Virus record (IMG/VR): IMGVR_UViG_2897358383_000002
DNA length: 64,000 nucleotides
From: a virus
Taxonomy: Duplodnaviria > Heunggongvirae > Uroviricota > Caudoviricetes
Direction: 5' to 3' (one strand)
Within the stretch, counting starts at the first letter, position 1. The number at the start of each line of letters is the position of its first letter. The position numbers were made by a program, and so were the translations under genes. Shown piece by piece: positions 35,901-46,310 of this stretch. A model generated the notes under the pieces. The model saw only the letters and a program-made list of their open reading frames with translations, was not told the DNA's origin and did no database searches.

Positions 35901-37490
35901 ATGTCTCAATATTCAATTCAACAGTCATTAGGTAATGCATCCGGCGTCGCGGTTAGCCCGATCAATGCCGATGCGACGTTATCTACCGGTGTTGCATTAA
36001 ATAGCAGCTTGTGGGCTGGTATTGGCGTATTTGCGCGTGGCAAGCCGTTTACTGTTCTTGCGGTTACTGAGTCCAATTACGAAGATGTTCTTGGCGAACC
36101 GCTGAAGCCGTCTTCCGGCTCACAGTTTGAACCAATTCGCCATGTGTACGAAGCTATTCAGCAAACGTCTGGTTATGTTGTCCGTGCTGTTCCGGATGAT
36201 GCGAAGTTCCCGATTATTATGTTCGATGAATCAGGCGAACCGGCTAACAGTGCGTTGCCATACGGTTCTGAAATTGAACTTGATAGCGGCGAAGCCTTTG
36301 CTATCTACGTTGATGATGGTGATCCGTGTATTTCACCTACCCGTGAGTTAACCATCGAAACGGCAACAGCGGACAGCGCGGGTAATGAACGCTTCCTCTT
36401 AAAACTGACCCAGACGACTTCGCTCGGTGTGGTAACGACCCTGGAGACACACACTGTGTCTTTGGCGGAAGAAGCGAAAGATGACATGGGCCGCTTGTGT
36501 TATCTGCCTACGGCTCTGGAAGCCCGTTCTAAATATCTGCGTGCGGTTGTTAATGAAGAGCTGATTTCTACAGCGAAAGTAACAAATAAAAAATCGGTGG
36601 CATTCACTGGCGGTACCAATGGCGATCAGTCGAAAATCTCAACCGCTGCTTACCTGCGTGCGGTTAAAGTGCTGAATAATGCGCCGTACATGTACACCGC
36701 TGTTCTTGGCCTGGGCTGCTATGACAATGCGGCTATCACCGCATTAGGTAAAATCTGTGCAGATCGCCTGATTGATGGCTTCTTTGATGTCAAACCGACA
36801 TTAAGGTACGCAGAAGCACTAACAGCTGTTGAGGGTACCGGTTTACTTGGTACCGATTATGTAAGCTGTTCTGTCTATCACTACCCGTTCTCCTGCAAAG
36901 ACAAATGGACCCAATCCCGTGTGGTCTTCGGTCTGTCTGGCGCGGCGTATGCGGCGAAAGCTCGTGGCGTCAAGAAAAACTCTGATGTCGGCGGTTGGCA
37001 TTACTCACCGGCTGGTGAAGAACGTGCCGTCATTGCTCGTGCGTCAATTCAACCGCTGTATCCGGAAGATACCCCGGACGAAGAAGCAATGGTCAAGGGC
37101 CGTCTCAATAAAGTATCTGTTGGCACCTCTGGCCAGATGATCATCGACGATGCTTTAACTTGCTGCACGCAGGATAACTATCTGCACTTCCAGCACGTCC
37201 CATCCCTGATGAATGCAATCAGTCGTTTCTTTGTCCAGTTAGCCCGACAGATGAAGCATAGCCCGGACGGTATTACTGCGGCTGGCCTGACTAAAGGGAT
37301 GACCAAACTTTTAGATCGCTTTGTCGCCTCCGGCGCTCTGGTGGCTCCTCGTGATCCCGATGCTGACGGTACAGAACCGTATGTGCTGAAAGTTACGCAG
37401 GCGGAATTCGATAAATGGGAAGTAGTCTGGGCCTGCTGCCCGACTGGCGTAGCCCGTCGTATCCAGGGCGTACCGCTGCTTATTAAGTAA
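35901..37490 (+). CDS. phage structural protein (candidate tail sheath)
   Basis: 529-aa ORF second in the structural operon; assignment by position only. Confidence 0.4.
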   Translation: MSQYSIQQSLGNASGVAVSPINADATLSTGVALNSSLWAGIGVFARGKPFTVLAVTESNYEDVLGEPLKPSSGSQFEPIRHVYEAIQQTSGYVVRAVPDDAKFPIIMFDESGEPANSALPYGSEIELDSGEAFAIYVDDGDPCISPTRELTIETATADSAGNERFLLKLTQTTSLGVVTTLETHTVSLAEEAKDDMGRLCYLPTALEARSKYLRAVVNEELISTAKVTNKKSVAFTGGTNGDQSKISTAAYLRAVKVLNNAPYMYTAVLGLGCYDNAAITALGKICADRLIDGFFDVKPTLRYAEALTAVEGTGLLGTDYVSCSVYHYPFSCKDKWTQSRVVFGLSGAAYAAKARGVKKNSDVGGWHYSPAGEERAVIARASIQPLYPEDTPDEEAMVKGRLNKVSVGTSGQMIIDDALTCCTQDNYLHFQHVPSLMNAISRFFVQLARQMKHSPDGITAAGLTKGMTKLLDRFVASGALVAPRDPDADGTEPYVLKVTQAEFDKWEVVWACCPTGVARRIQGVPLLIK

Positions 37491-37499
37491 GGGAATACA

Positions 37500-38315
37500 A
37501 TGAGCAAAAACTTTTTTCAATCCGGGGCATTTTTGGGGAATGGACTGTCCCGTTTCGCTTTGAACTCTGATCCTGTGCAGCTGATGGAGTCTGCCCGAGC
37601 AAGCGCCGAACCGCCAACAGATCCGGTTATTAATAATAATCCGGAACCGGCGGCACAGACTAACGATAACGTTCCATCTGCCCCGGCTCCAGAGCAAATC
37701 CTGGAAGGGAAAGACGGTAAAGAATGGACCGTCGAACAGGCGCACCAGATGATTCTGGAAGCTGCAAATCGAAGTGCTATGCAGAATGCGTTGAGTGATG
37801 CGGCCGACGCCGTTTTCTCCTGGGCTGATAGCGGTGATCTGACTTTCGACTCCCTTGATGGTTTCGTTCAGGCTATCGCTGGTATCTCTGATGACGACGA
37901 CTCCGAAGTTACAGAAGAACAGGACGATGCCTATAACGAAGCATGGGCAAATGTTGCTGACTTCCTCGCAGCATGCGGTGTAGATGATGACCTGATCGAA
38001 GCACTGGCTGACGATGAAGACGACGACGCTGCTGCTGATGTTGGTGCCTCTATCGCTGGTTTAGATAGCGACGACCGCGACGAACTGGAAGCGGCGTTTG
38101 TTGTTGCTGGCACTTCTGATGAAATGCTGACTGAAGCATTTAAGAAGGTTGTTCGTAACGGTGAGATCAAACTCATCCGTAAACGCCTGCGTAAAAAACG
38201 TCTGACTGCGGCTCAAAAATCGGCGCTGAAAAAAGCGCGTCGAAAAGCCCAGACCGGCGCGGCAAAACTTGCCCGCAAAAAGTCAATGAAACTGCGCCGT
38301 AAGCGCCTTGGCTAA
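37500..38315 (+). CDS. acidic protein with strongly basic C-terminal tail
   Basis: 271 aa; D/E-rich body and RKRLRKKR...RRKRLG tail. Confidence 0.5.
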   Translation: MSKNFFQSGAFLGNGLSRFALNSDPVQLMESARASAEPPTDPVINNNPEPAAQTNDNVPSAPAPEQILEGKDGKEWTVEQAHQMILEAANRSAMQNALSDAADAVFSWADSGDLTFDSLDGFVQAIAGISDDDDSEVTEEQDDAYNEAWANVADFLAACGVDDDLIEALADDEDDDAAADVGASIAGLDSDDRDELEAAFVVAGTSDEMLTEAFKKVVRNGEIKLIRKRLRKKRLTAAQKSALKKARRKAQTGAAKLARKKSMKLRRKRLG

Positions 38316-38350
38316 AGGAGGAGGCCGGAGAACTCCGGCCTTTAACTTGA

Positions 38351-38932
38351 ATGGCACCTATACCTTATGGGGTTTACAGCCAGGCTGACGGTGTATCGCC
38401 ATTTCTGAAAGTTACTTTAACGAACTCTCAGTACCAGGTTACCGGATATATCAGCCAGGGAGCGGCAATGAACATGGCCCAGAATTGGGAAGCGCCGTTT
38501 ACCGGTATGTCCATGGGATCTGTTTCTGGTGCTCTGGGTGGTTTTGTGCAAGTAGGTACTGAAACAACGTCGGTTGCCCGTTGGAATAGCTTAATGGTTT
38601 GGGAAGGGGGGACTCCGCCGACGTTCACGCTGCCTGTAACTTTCATTGCTTTGAACAATCCATTCATTGAAGTTTCAGGCGCTATCGCCGCGTTGACAGC
38701 CATGATTAGCCCGGAACTAAAAGCGGCCAATGTTGGTGGTCGAATCCCGGAGCGCGTGACGCTAAACATTGGTCGCCGGATCAACATCACCGATGTCGCC
38801 ATCCAGGACTTAAGTTTTGATCTCGATGCGCCAAGGGACAGTAATGGATATTTCCTGAAAAACACCGTCAACCTCCAGTTGACCGGTTCTTCGATATATA
38901 ACAGCTCCGATATTGTTCGGGCGTTCCAGTAA
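38351..38932 (+). CDS. phage structural protein
   Basis: 193-aa ORF in structural operon. Confidence 0.45.
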   Translation: MAPIPYGVYSQADGVSPFLKVTLTNSQYQVTGYISQGAAMNMAQNWEAPFTGMSMGSVSGALGGFVQVGTETTSVARWNSLMVWEGGTPPTFTLPVTFIALNNPFIEVSGAIAALTAMISPELKAANVGGRIPERVTLNIGRRINITDVAIQDLSFDLDAPRDSNGYFLKNTVNLQLTGSSIYNSSDIVRAFQ

Positions 38933-38943
38933 AAGGATTTTAT

Positions 38944-39453
38944 ATGGGGCACAATAACACTAAGGGAAACCGTAAATTTATTAAGGGCCGCTATACTGCC
39001 AACGCGGCCAAAGGCGAACGACTGGTATCTTCTGAATTCCAGCTCACTTTTGCAGGCCATGAAGATATCAGCGTACTGGTTCGCACGTCGCAAATCCCTG
39101 AAATGACACGCGAGGATGTGGAGGACTATGGTCCGAATGGTGTGAAGTTCAACCAGCACGGACCAATTCGAAACTCTGGGGAAATCCAGGTCCAGTGCGT
39201 GGAGACTATCGAAGGCGATATTCTTCAGTTCATCAAGGATCGCATTGCGGCGAAGGACTATGTTGATATCACGATGGCTGCTACCCCTGAATCCAAATCT
39301 TCCGGGGTTAACGCTGTGACAAAAGCTGCTACAACAATTGAAATGTTGGACTGCAAAATCTACAGTGATGCAATCGACTTTAGTACCGAAGATGTGACTG
39401 CCGCTGTGCGCCCGTCACTTCGTATCGTCTACAACTGGATTGAGTGGGATTAA
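38944..39453 (+). CDS. phage structural protein (possible tail tube)
   Basis: 169-aa ORF followed by a strong terminator. Confidence 0.45.
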   Translation: MGHNNTKGNRKFIKGRYTANAAKGERLVSSEFQLTFAGHEDISVLVRTSQIPEMTREDVEDYGPNGVKFNQHGPIRNSGEIQVQCVETIEGDILQFIKDRIAAKDYVDITMAATPESKSSGVNAVTKAATTIEMLDCKIYSDAIDFSTEDVTAAVRPSLRIVYNWIEWD

Positions 39454-39472
39454 GAGTCATCCCTTGTATTTT

Positions 39473-39497
39473 AAAGCTCCTTCGGGAGCTTTTTTTA
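39473..39497 (+). terminator. rho-independent terminator
   Basis: aaagctcc-ttcg-ggagcttt hairpin followed by ttttttt. Confidence 0.7.
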
Positions 39498-39588
39498 TAA
39501 CTATTTTATATAAGAATGCATCGATAACATTGTCTTGAGTTTTATGTTAGATTATTAATGTTCTAATAAACTACAATTATTGAGGTAG

Positions 39589-40221
39589 ATGTTTGTGCCT
39601 GTACTGTTAAAGGGGGACTCTAAAATGGCTGTGATTCCAATGTCGTACTCCCCGGGTACTGTCGCTCGTCGATTTTCGATCCTGGACGGAGTTACCATCC
39701 AGGGTGTGCTTTACCAGGTTATATGGGATTCCAAAACCCCATTTGCAGCTGTAATAGAGGCTGCGCCTTCTGTTATCGATGGTGATATGCGCCATAAGGT
39801 TGTCGCTACTCTTGAACTTCAACGTCGCCCGCAGCTTGAAGGCGTACTGGTAAGGAAGTTCTGGGAGGATAGCGATGTTGCCCAGATTGAAGGTATCGTG
39901 GTTGATGGAACCGTCCGGGATGTCGGTTTAGCTACTTTTGTTTACGAAACCGTAGCCTCAAAAGCTGGTGTTGTTTTGCTCAGTGATAATGAGCAATACG
40001 AAGGTGGAAAAGCTCTTTGGCAACACATCGCCCGTCGCTCTTCCGAGCTAAAAGTGTTTATCCTCGACACCGATGCCGCTCAGTATTACCCGTTTGACGG
40101 CGAACGTGTTTGCTATGACGGGGTAAGTATTCCTGAATCCGAGATATGGAGTGAACACCCAGATCGAAGTAAGCATGGGGTTGTTCTGGTCGCTGAATCC
40201 ATAATTGGAAAGGCGGCATAG
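39589..40221 (+). CDS. hypothetical protein
   Basis: 210-aa ORF after an AT-rich promoter-like spacer. Confidence 0.4.
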   Translation: MFVPVLLKGDSKMAVIPMSYSPGTVARRFSILDGVTIQGVLYQVIWDSKTPFAAVIEAAPSVIDGDMRHKVVATLELQRRPQLEGVLVRKFWEDSDVAQIEGIVVDGTVRDVGLATFVYETVASKAGVVLLSDNEQYEGGKALWQHIARRSSELKVFILDTDAAQYYPFDGERVCYDGVSIPESEIWSEHPDRSKHGVVLVAESIIGKAA

Positions 40222-40403
40222 CAGTAAAAAATTCCTTGCTCCTAAAAAGGGGAGAGGGCTAATCTACGTATGCTAAGCATAGATATGGCCTCAGATTAAT
40301 GTTAAGCGTCTTGCAGGACGCGTAATGTTATCTGGGGCTTTCTTCTATCTGCTTGTCGGGTAATGCCTGAAGCAGATAGCCTCAAGCACCCGCAGCGATT
40401 GTA

Positions 40404-40730
40404 TCAATGTCTGGCTTTTTTTCTATAGAAATCACCTGGAAGGGTGAATATCCACATCAGAAGAAATGTTGCAGCAAACATGATCCCTAATGGCCAGACC
40501 GCGCCAAAGAAAATCCATACTAAGATCTCCTCTGCTCGTTCTTTGCGGTCGATATCGACAAGCATTTTTCGGCTGATCATGTATACACAGAAGCCAATAC
40601 AAACATATCCTGCAAAAGCGATCGCTAACTGTAAAAAATCAGATTGCATCTCCGACCTCAAACTGAAAACGCCAGGTGACTCCAGATTAGAGCAATCTAT
40701 CACCCTCTGAATCCTGCCGGTATACCCCAT
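40404..40730 (-). CDS. small integral membrane protein
   Basis: 108 aa with two to three hydrophobic helices. Confidence 0.35.
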   Translation of the reverse strand: MGYTGRIQRVIDCSNLESPGVFSLRSEMQSDFLQLAIAFAGYVCIGFCVYMISRKMLVDIDRKERAEEILVWIFFGAVWPLGIMFAATFLLMWIFTLPGDFYRKKARH

Positions 40731-41545
40731 TTTTCGTTATCTTTATTTTTGGCTAAAACCGCATTAAGAGCTTCGTTTACCGTCATGCAATGCGGCAAAT
40801 TATCGAAGTTTGATACCCCGCCAATATCAGGAGAACGCTTGTTCTTCAGGTAAGCATATTTCCGCGCTGCCGCCTCTACTTTCTGCTTGAACTCATGTTT
40901 TTGTGCGCGTTTTTTGGATAACCGCAGATTGTCAGCCTTTGCTTTTGTCTCAGCGATCCATGAAGTCAATTTTTTGAGTCTGCTCGTTCCGGCACCGCCG
41001 GAAACTGATCTTTTTGTTTTTTTAACTTGTGACTTCTTATTCTTTATTGCCACGTCATCCTGACAGGGGGAGGGGGTATCATTTTGACATGGGGGTGTGG
41101 ATAAAAAATTAAATAAAGCCAATGTCTTAGCGAGAACAGCTTTAACCTTGGTTGCCGCTGAAGAGATCTTTAATTTGCTTTCAATCAGCGCATTTTTGGC
41201 TTGTTGTGCGAAGGCCAAAAAGGATGGTGTAAACCGGTACAGGTTAGCGCGACGTTCACGGTGATCGCCGATAACAATCTCTACAGACAGGATTCCTTTG
41301 TTTACAGCTTCACGGAATGCACGAACGACGGTTGATTGGCTATAACCAGTTTCTGCCGCGATCAGGCGGTGAGGCTTGTGAATGAAGTATTCACTGGTTG
41401 TTGCCGCGAGATTTGCACATTGCGACAGGATATGCCCGGCGCTACGGGATAGACCGGAGTGTGTTACAAAGCAGGCCAATTCATAGCCAGAAAAAGTAAA
41501 ATCGCTCATCGTTATACAGCTCAGGAAAGTGACTTTAGCCAGCAT
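40700..41545 (-). CDS. repL: lytic replication protein, RepL-like
   Basis: 281 aa with HTH-like N-terminal region, immediately downstream of kilA under a C1 operator, as in the P1 kilA-repL operon. Confidence 0.45.
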   Translation of the reverse strand: MLAKVTFLSCITMSDFTFSGYELACFVTHSGLSRSAGHILSQCANLAATTSEYFIHKPHRLIAAETGYSQSTVVRAFREAVNKGILSVEIVIGDHRERRANLYRFTPSFLAFAQQAKNALIESKLKISSAATKVKAVLAKTLALFNFLSTPPCQNDTPSPCQDDVAIKNKKSQVKKTKRSVSGGAGTSRLKKLTSWIAETKAKADNLRLSKKRAQKHEFKQKVEAAARKYAYLKNKRSPDIGGVSNFDNLPHCMTVNEALNAVLAKNKDNEKWGIPAGFRG

Positions 41546-41574
41546 TACAATGCTGGTGGTTCTTACTACGTCTG

Positions 41575-42375
41575 TTAGCGCGTTGCCGCGACAGGTACCA
41601 GCACACCAGCATCAAGCAATCGCTTCATCAGCCACTGCTGACCTTTGCCGGTTATACGAGTCGTGAAAGAAATCCTGCTTCCATTGCTTGTATCGATCAC
41701 GGTTTCTTTAAGGGTGAAATACCCACGGGATATGTATTCTTGTTTGGGGACGTTCCTGCGTTCACCGGTTGCGATCAGAATTCCGTTATCACGCAACCAG
41801 GTGAAGAGATAGTTTTGGCCCAGGCCGAGCACTTTGGCATAGTTGCCGATTAGAACCCCGCTGGCGGTAGCAACGCGTTCGGCGAATTCGACTTTAGGTG
41901 CATCCATAAGCATTTTTTGCTCCAGCCGTTGCTTTTGCTCTGCCAGGTCGGCAGCCAAACGGAGAGCTTCAGGGAGACTCTGCGGAATAGCAGGTTGTAA
42001 TCTTCCGGCTCGATAGTCGATAAATGTCTGGTTTACCTTCAGCCGAAACGCGGGAGAAATCCAGCCTGCGTACTCCACAGCGAGCAATTCATGGGCAAAA
42101 GTGCCGCCGCCACGGCCTTCGAACGAAACTATGCAATTCTGCATAGTTTCTTTTTCAAGCTCTTCGATGAGCTGTTTGGCTGACAGCGTTCTTAGCCATT
42201 GAGCTGGCGCTTTATGGGCACCGAGTCCGCTCGCTCTGTGTAGAGCATTAAGGTTGTAACGGCCAGCGCGGTCGGTCGTAATTTCAACACCACAAATAAC
42301 AGGCAGAGTGGTTGAAGGATCGACATTTTGATGAAGGTTTGATATATTCATATCCGCATTGAATGTTTGTTGCAT
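41575..42375 (-). CDS. kilA: KilA (KilA-N domain protein with antirepressor-type C-terminal domain)
   Basis: 266 aa; C-terminal domain paralogous to the C-terminus of the upstream Ant-like protein; C1 operator about 70 bp upstream. Confidence 0.7.
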   Translation of the reverse strand: MQQTFNADMNISNLHQNVDPSTTLPVICGVEITTDRAGRYNLNALHRASGLGAHKAPAQWLRTLSAKQLIEELEKETMQNCIVSFEGRGGGTFAHELLAVEYAGWISPAFRLKVNQTFIDYRAGRLQPAIPQSLPEALRLAADLAEQKQRLEQKMLMDAPKVEFAERVATASGVLIGNYAKVLGLGQNYLFTWLRDNGILIATGERRNVPKQEYISRGYFTLKETVIDTSNGSRISFTTRITGKGQQWLMKRLLDAGVLVPVAATR

Positions 42376-42444
42376 TTTTTCTCCAAATTTGCATCAACCT
42401 TCAATCACCAGCTCGAAATGGTGATTCTTTGCACTTAGAAAACG

Positions 42445-42461
42445 AAATTTATTAGAGCAAA
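42445..42461 (-). promoter_or_regulatory. C1-repressor operator-like site upstream of kilA (Op53-like)
   Basis: Reverse complement tttgctctaataaattt, 16/17 to consensus. Confidence 0.6.
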
Positions 42462-42539
42462 TTTTTCTGACTCGATCCAGATCGGGTTGGACGATCTGCT
42501 CAGAAACCTGCCAGTTTGCTGGCAGGTTTTTTTCTTTTG

Positions 42540-43583
42540 TTAACCTATTGCTACTGGTTTTAACAAACCAGCATCAAGTAGCTTGCGAGTTAACCACTGC
42601 TGGCCTTTACCCGTTAATTGGGGCGTCAGCCGTATCTGGTAGCCATTTTCATCATCCAGCACCACTTCTTTCACCGTGAAATACCCGGCGTTGATGTACT
42701 GTTGGCGCGGTACGTTTTTGCGCGCACCAAAAGCCATGAGAATGCCGTTCTGGCGCAACCATGAGAAAAGGGCGTTTTGCTTAAGTCCAACGACCTTTGC
42801 AAAGTTCCCGATCAGGATTCCATTGGCCGCTGATACCCGGTCGGCAAAATCGACTTTAGGGGCTGCGGCCACCAGCTGCTGTTCCAACTGCATTTTCTGT
42901 TCTGCCAACTCGGCAGCCAGGCGTAGAGCTTCTGGTAATGTTTGGGGGATCGATGGGGCAGGGGAGTTTGCCTGCTGCAATTCTTCCAGTTTGTCGATCA
43001 GCGAACGGCGGACCGCTTTTGACTCACGCGCGGCGACTCGCAAGGCTTGTTTGTAGGTCATGGTGATGACCTCAAAAGAGCGCCCAGCCCTTGTGCCATG
43101 GGATTTTGCACTTTTTGTGTAAAATTCACCTTCAAGTTCATCGAGTATTTTTTCGATGAATTTATTGTTTCTAACCTCTGGTTCTCCACATAACTTGCGT
43201 GCCTCATTGACCATCTTCAACAATGTTTGGCTGTCGATTGTGTCTCCGGTGTTGGGGATGACATTCACGGCTGGTGTTGGCGTAGCTGACGTAACAGGTG
43301 CTGGTTTCTCAACATTCAAATTTTTACCGGTCACTCTATGTGCCTCCTTTCTCATTTCTGCTGCCACTGTTGCGTAACGTAGACGTCCTTGTTCAATCAA
43401 ATAATCCCTGATCTCGGCTATCAGTAGCCTGTTGATCACAGCCTTATCTGTTCGGGTATAAAAACGTCTGGTTATCATGAAATAGTTAGCAATTGCGCCG
43501 GGGATCTCCCGTGTCGGCATACAGGCAGTATGCAAGGCGATCGCTTCGGCTATTTCATTACGGGTGACGAGAGGTGTTTTCAT
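42540..43583 (-). CDS. ant: antirepressor (Ant-like) with phage antirepressor C-terminal domain
   Basis: 347 aa; C-terminal region (FADRVSAANGILIGNFAKV...) shared with KilA; lies downstream of the icd-like ORF. Confidence 0.65.
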   Translation of the reverse strand: MKTPLVTRNEIAEAIALHTACMPTREIPGAIANYFMITRRFYTRTDKAVINRLLIAEIRDYLIEQGRLRYATVAAEMRKEAHRVTGKNLNVEKPAPVTSATPTPAVNVIPNTGDTIDSQTLLKMVNEARKLCGEPEVRNNKFIEKILDELEGEFYTKSAKSHGTRAGRSFEVITMTYKQALRVAARESKAVRRSLIDKLEELQQANSPAPSIPQTLPEALRLAAELAEQKMQLEQQLVAAAPKVDFADRVSAANGILIGNFAKVVGLKQNALFSWLRQNGILMAFGARKNVPRQQYINAGYFTVKEVVLDDENGYQIRLTPQLTGKGQQWLTRKLLDAGLLKPVAIG

Positions 43584-43801
43584 AACCCCCCCTGAACGTC
43601 GGCAGAGAAGGGGAGGCTCCAGTAACTAAGTGAATTGCGCGAGTTAGTTGAAAAACGGGCAGTAAAAATGCAGGGGCCATCAGGCAATTGAGAGCGTGCT
43701 TCGTCTTCTGTTGCTGCGATAACGAAGTGATAGTGGTGTTTTTTACAGGAATAGAAACGCCAGATGAATTCTTGGCGTGCGCAAGGATTGGCATTAACCA
43801 T
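43580..43801 (-). CDS. Icd-like small protein (candidate cell-division inhibitor)
   Basis: 73-aa ORF from internal Met of the 139-aa track ORF, stop overlapping the ant start (ATGA); assignment by position. Confidence 0.3.
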   Translation of the reverse strand: MVNANPCARQEFIWRFYSCKKHHYHFVIAATEDEARSQLPDGPCIFTARFSTNSRNSLSYWSLPFSADVQGGL

Positions 43802-44115
43802 AGTTACGGCCTCATTCGTAGGTTTAACAACCTGCGCCCCGCTGCTAAACGGGTGGCAGGACGTGACGGGGTTAGCAGACTGGCACGAATGAAACCAGCA
43901 GGCCGAAGCCTCCCCATCACGCCCCACCATAATTCGGGCGTAACGTGGTTTTACGGACACAAAAATTCCGCAATATCGGATATCTGCGGTTGTCCGCATT
44001 CGTATTCAGGCTGCTAAACCCGGTCGCAGAATTTGCTACGACGGCGGAACTATAAGCCTGAACGATTAAAAGGTCAATATGATGCGAAAAGATAGCATTC
44101 GCGACTTAAAAATAC

Positions 44116-44132
44116 AAATTTATTAGAGCATT
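44116..44132 (-). promoter_or_regulatory. C1-repressor operator-like site
   Basis: Reverse complement aatgctctaataaattt, 16/17; followed by near-palindrome ttgtgcaataaatgcacaaa. Confidence 0.55.
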
Positions 44133-44228
44133 ATTTGTGCAATAAATGCACAAATGGATCTAATAACCTCTTTTTTTTAAAGGCGAAAATATGTACCCTA
44201 AATGGGTTATAAGGCAGGTGAGATTATA

Positions 44229-44360
44229 ATGAGAAGACTATTACTACCGTTATTATTTATGGCCGGGACTGTTAATGCAGCATCAAGCGTAAAGGAGATT
44301 TGTACCGATTATACGAAATACCTTGGGCACGTTTACGCCTTTGCGATCAATGACTATTAA
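44229..44360 (+). CDS. small secreted peptide (43 aa, signal peptide)
   Basis: MRRLLLPLLFMAGTVNAASS... signal-peptide-like N-terminus; AT-rich context. Confidence 0.3.
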   Translation: MRRLLLPLLFMAGTVNAASSVKEICTDYTKYLGHVYAFAINDY

Positions 44361-44363
44361 TCC

Positions 44364-44699
44364 ATGCGTAGGAGTGGATTTATGCTGATTCGTTTGTTTT
44401 TAGTGCTTTCCTTTTTAACATTTAATGTTTTTGCTGATGAAGTTGACTTTTCGAAGGTAGATTGCAATTCAGTGGAAACAAGAAAAGCTCTTATTGAAGA
44501 ATATAACGAAATATTATCGTCATATGGAATAACAGTGGTTGATTCTTATAATCAAAAAACTATTCAGAAAGGAATAAATAAACTGGTTTGTTATGGTGTT
44601 TACCAATATTCAGATGGCTCTTCGGAGTATGTTATTTATAAAGCATACCCAAATAGTCTTGGTGAATTGATTAGTGAGTTTAAACCGATTAATGAGTGA
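44364..44699 (+). CDS. secreted protein (signal peptide)
   Basis: 111 aa; hydrophobic N-terminal segment LIRLFLVLSFLTFNVFA; AT-rich. Confidence 0.45.
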   Translation: MRRSGFMLIRLFLVLSFLTFNVFADEVDFSKVDCNSVETRKALIEEYNEILSSYGITVVDSYNQKTIQKGINKLVCYGVYQYSDGSSEYVIYKAYPNSLGELISEFKPINE

Positions 44700-44706
44700 A
44701 TGGAAA

Positions 44707-45486
44707 ATGAAATTATTTAATGTAATAACATTTTGTTGTGCTATTTTTGCTGGAAGCGCGATAGCTGATAATAAATTGCCAGATTGGCTTTCTACTTCAA
44801 AAAAAGATTATGATTTAGTAAGGGTGTTCTATTTGTCTGGATTTGCCTCGAAAGCAATGAATAATCAATTTGGTTATCATTTTCCATCTGAGTTGGTTAA
44901 TGATTTTAAAGATAATGAATTTGCCGCTCAGGAAAAATGGAATACAATTTCAATTCTATATGGTGAAATAAAATCCATAAGAATGGTGAATAATGAACCA
45001 ATTGTAGAGTTATTTACTCCAGGGGAAAATGCAACGCCACTAAATTATATCAAATTGAAAGTGTTGGATTCAAAACAAAACTCTCTGTTAAAACTAAAAA
45101 AAGGGGATGATATATATGCAGTGTGCTCCGGTGCTAATTTTAGGTTAGTGCCAATTCTGAGCAACTGCACTCCAGCAACTGACGTCATTGATGCTGCACT
45201 CTCTTTTTCTGGTGAATATATGTTCCCTGCTTTTGATTCTTTTTCACCTACTAAGCAAAACGTCAAATATATATTCACAAATCAAGATCCTGTTCAGATG
45301 ATGAATTTTATAGGGTACCTATCCTTAGTCGATACAACGAAGGATAAGAATAAAATGGATATGGTTCGTAAGTGTACGCCTTGGAAGCCGGAATGTTCAC
45401 AACAATTCGTTGATGTAATGGAAGGATTTGATAACATCATGTATAAATATGAGAGGGAATTTAAAAATTACATAGAATTAAAATAG
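44707..45486 (+). CDS. secreted protein (signal peptide); candidate superinfection-exclusion protein
   Basis: About 259 aa from MKLFNVITFCCAIFAGSAIA; AT-rich; sits where P1 carries sim, as recalled. Confidence 0.45.
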   Translation: MKLFNVITFCCAIFAGSAIADNKLPDWLSTSKKDYDLVRVFYLSGFASKAMNNQFGYHFPSELVNDFKDNEFAAQEKWNTISILYGEIKSIRMVNNEPIVELFTPGENATPLNYIKLKVLDSKQNSLLKLKKGDDIYAVCSGANFRLVPILSNCTPATDVIDAALSFSGEYMFPAFDSFSPTKQNVKYIFTNQDPVQMMNFIGYLSLVDTTKDKNKMDMVRKCTPWKPECSQQFVDVMEGFDNIMYKYEREFKNYIELK

Positions 45487-45709
45487 TATTTGAAAGGATA
45501 GTCAATTTAAGTTTTAACAAAACGCCCATTAAAGGGCGTTTTATTGTTTTACTCAAAACAACCTGACTCAAAGCAACCTGATTGTGTGATAACCATATGA
45601 TACTCCTCATTCCATCTACACTACCTACTCTAACTTAATGATACCATATTACTCCCGGACGGCAATATTCCCACTCAATGAACAAATGACTACTCGTAGA
45701 ATCGGTTAA

Positions 45710-46300
<591 letters not shown>

Positions 46301-46310
46301 GGGGGCTGAT

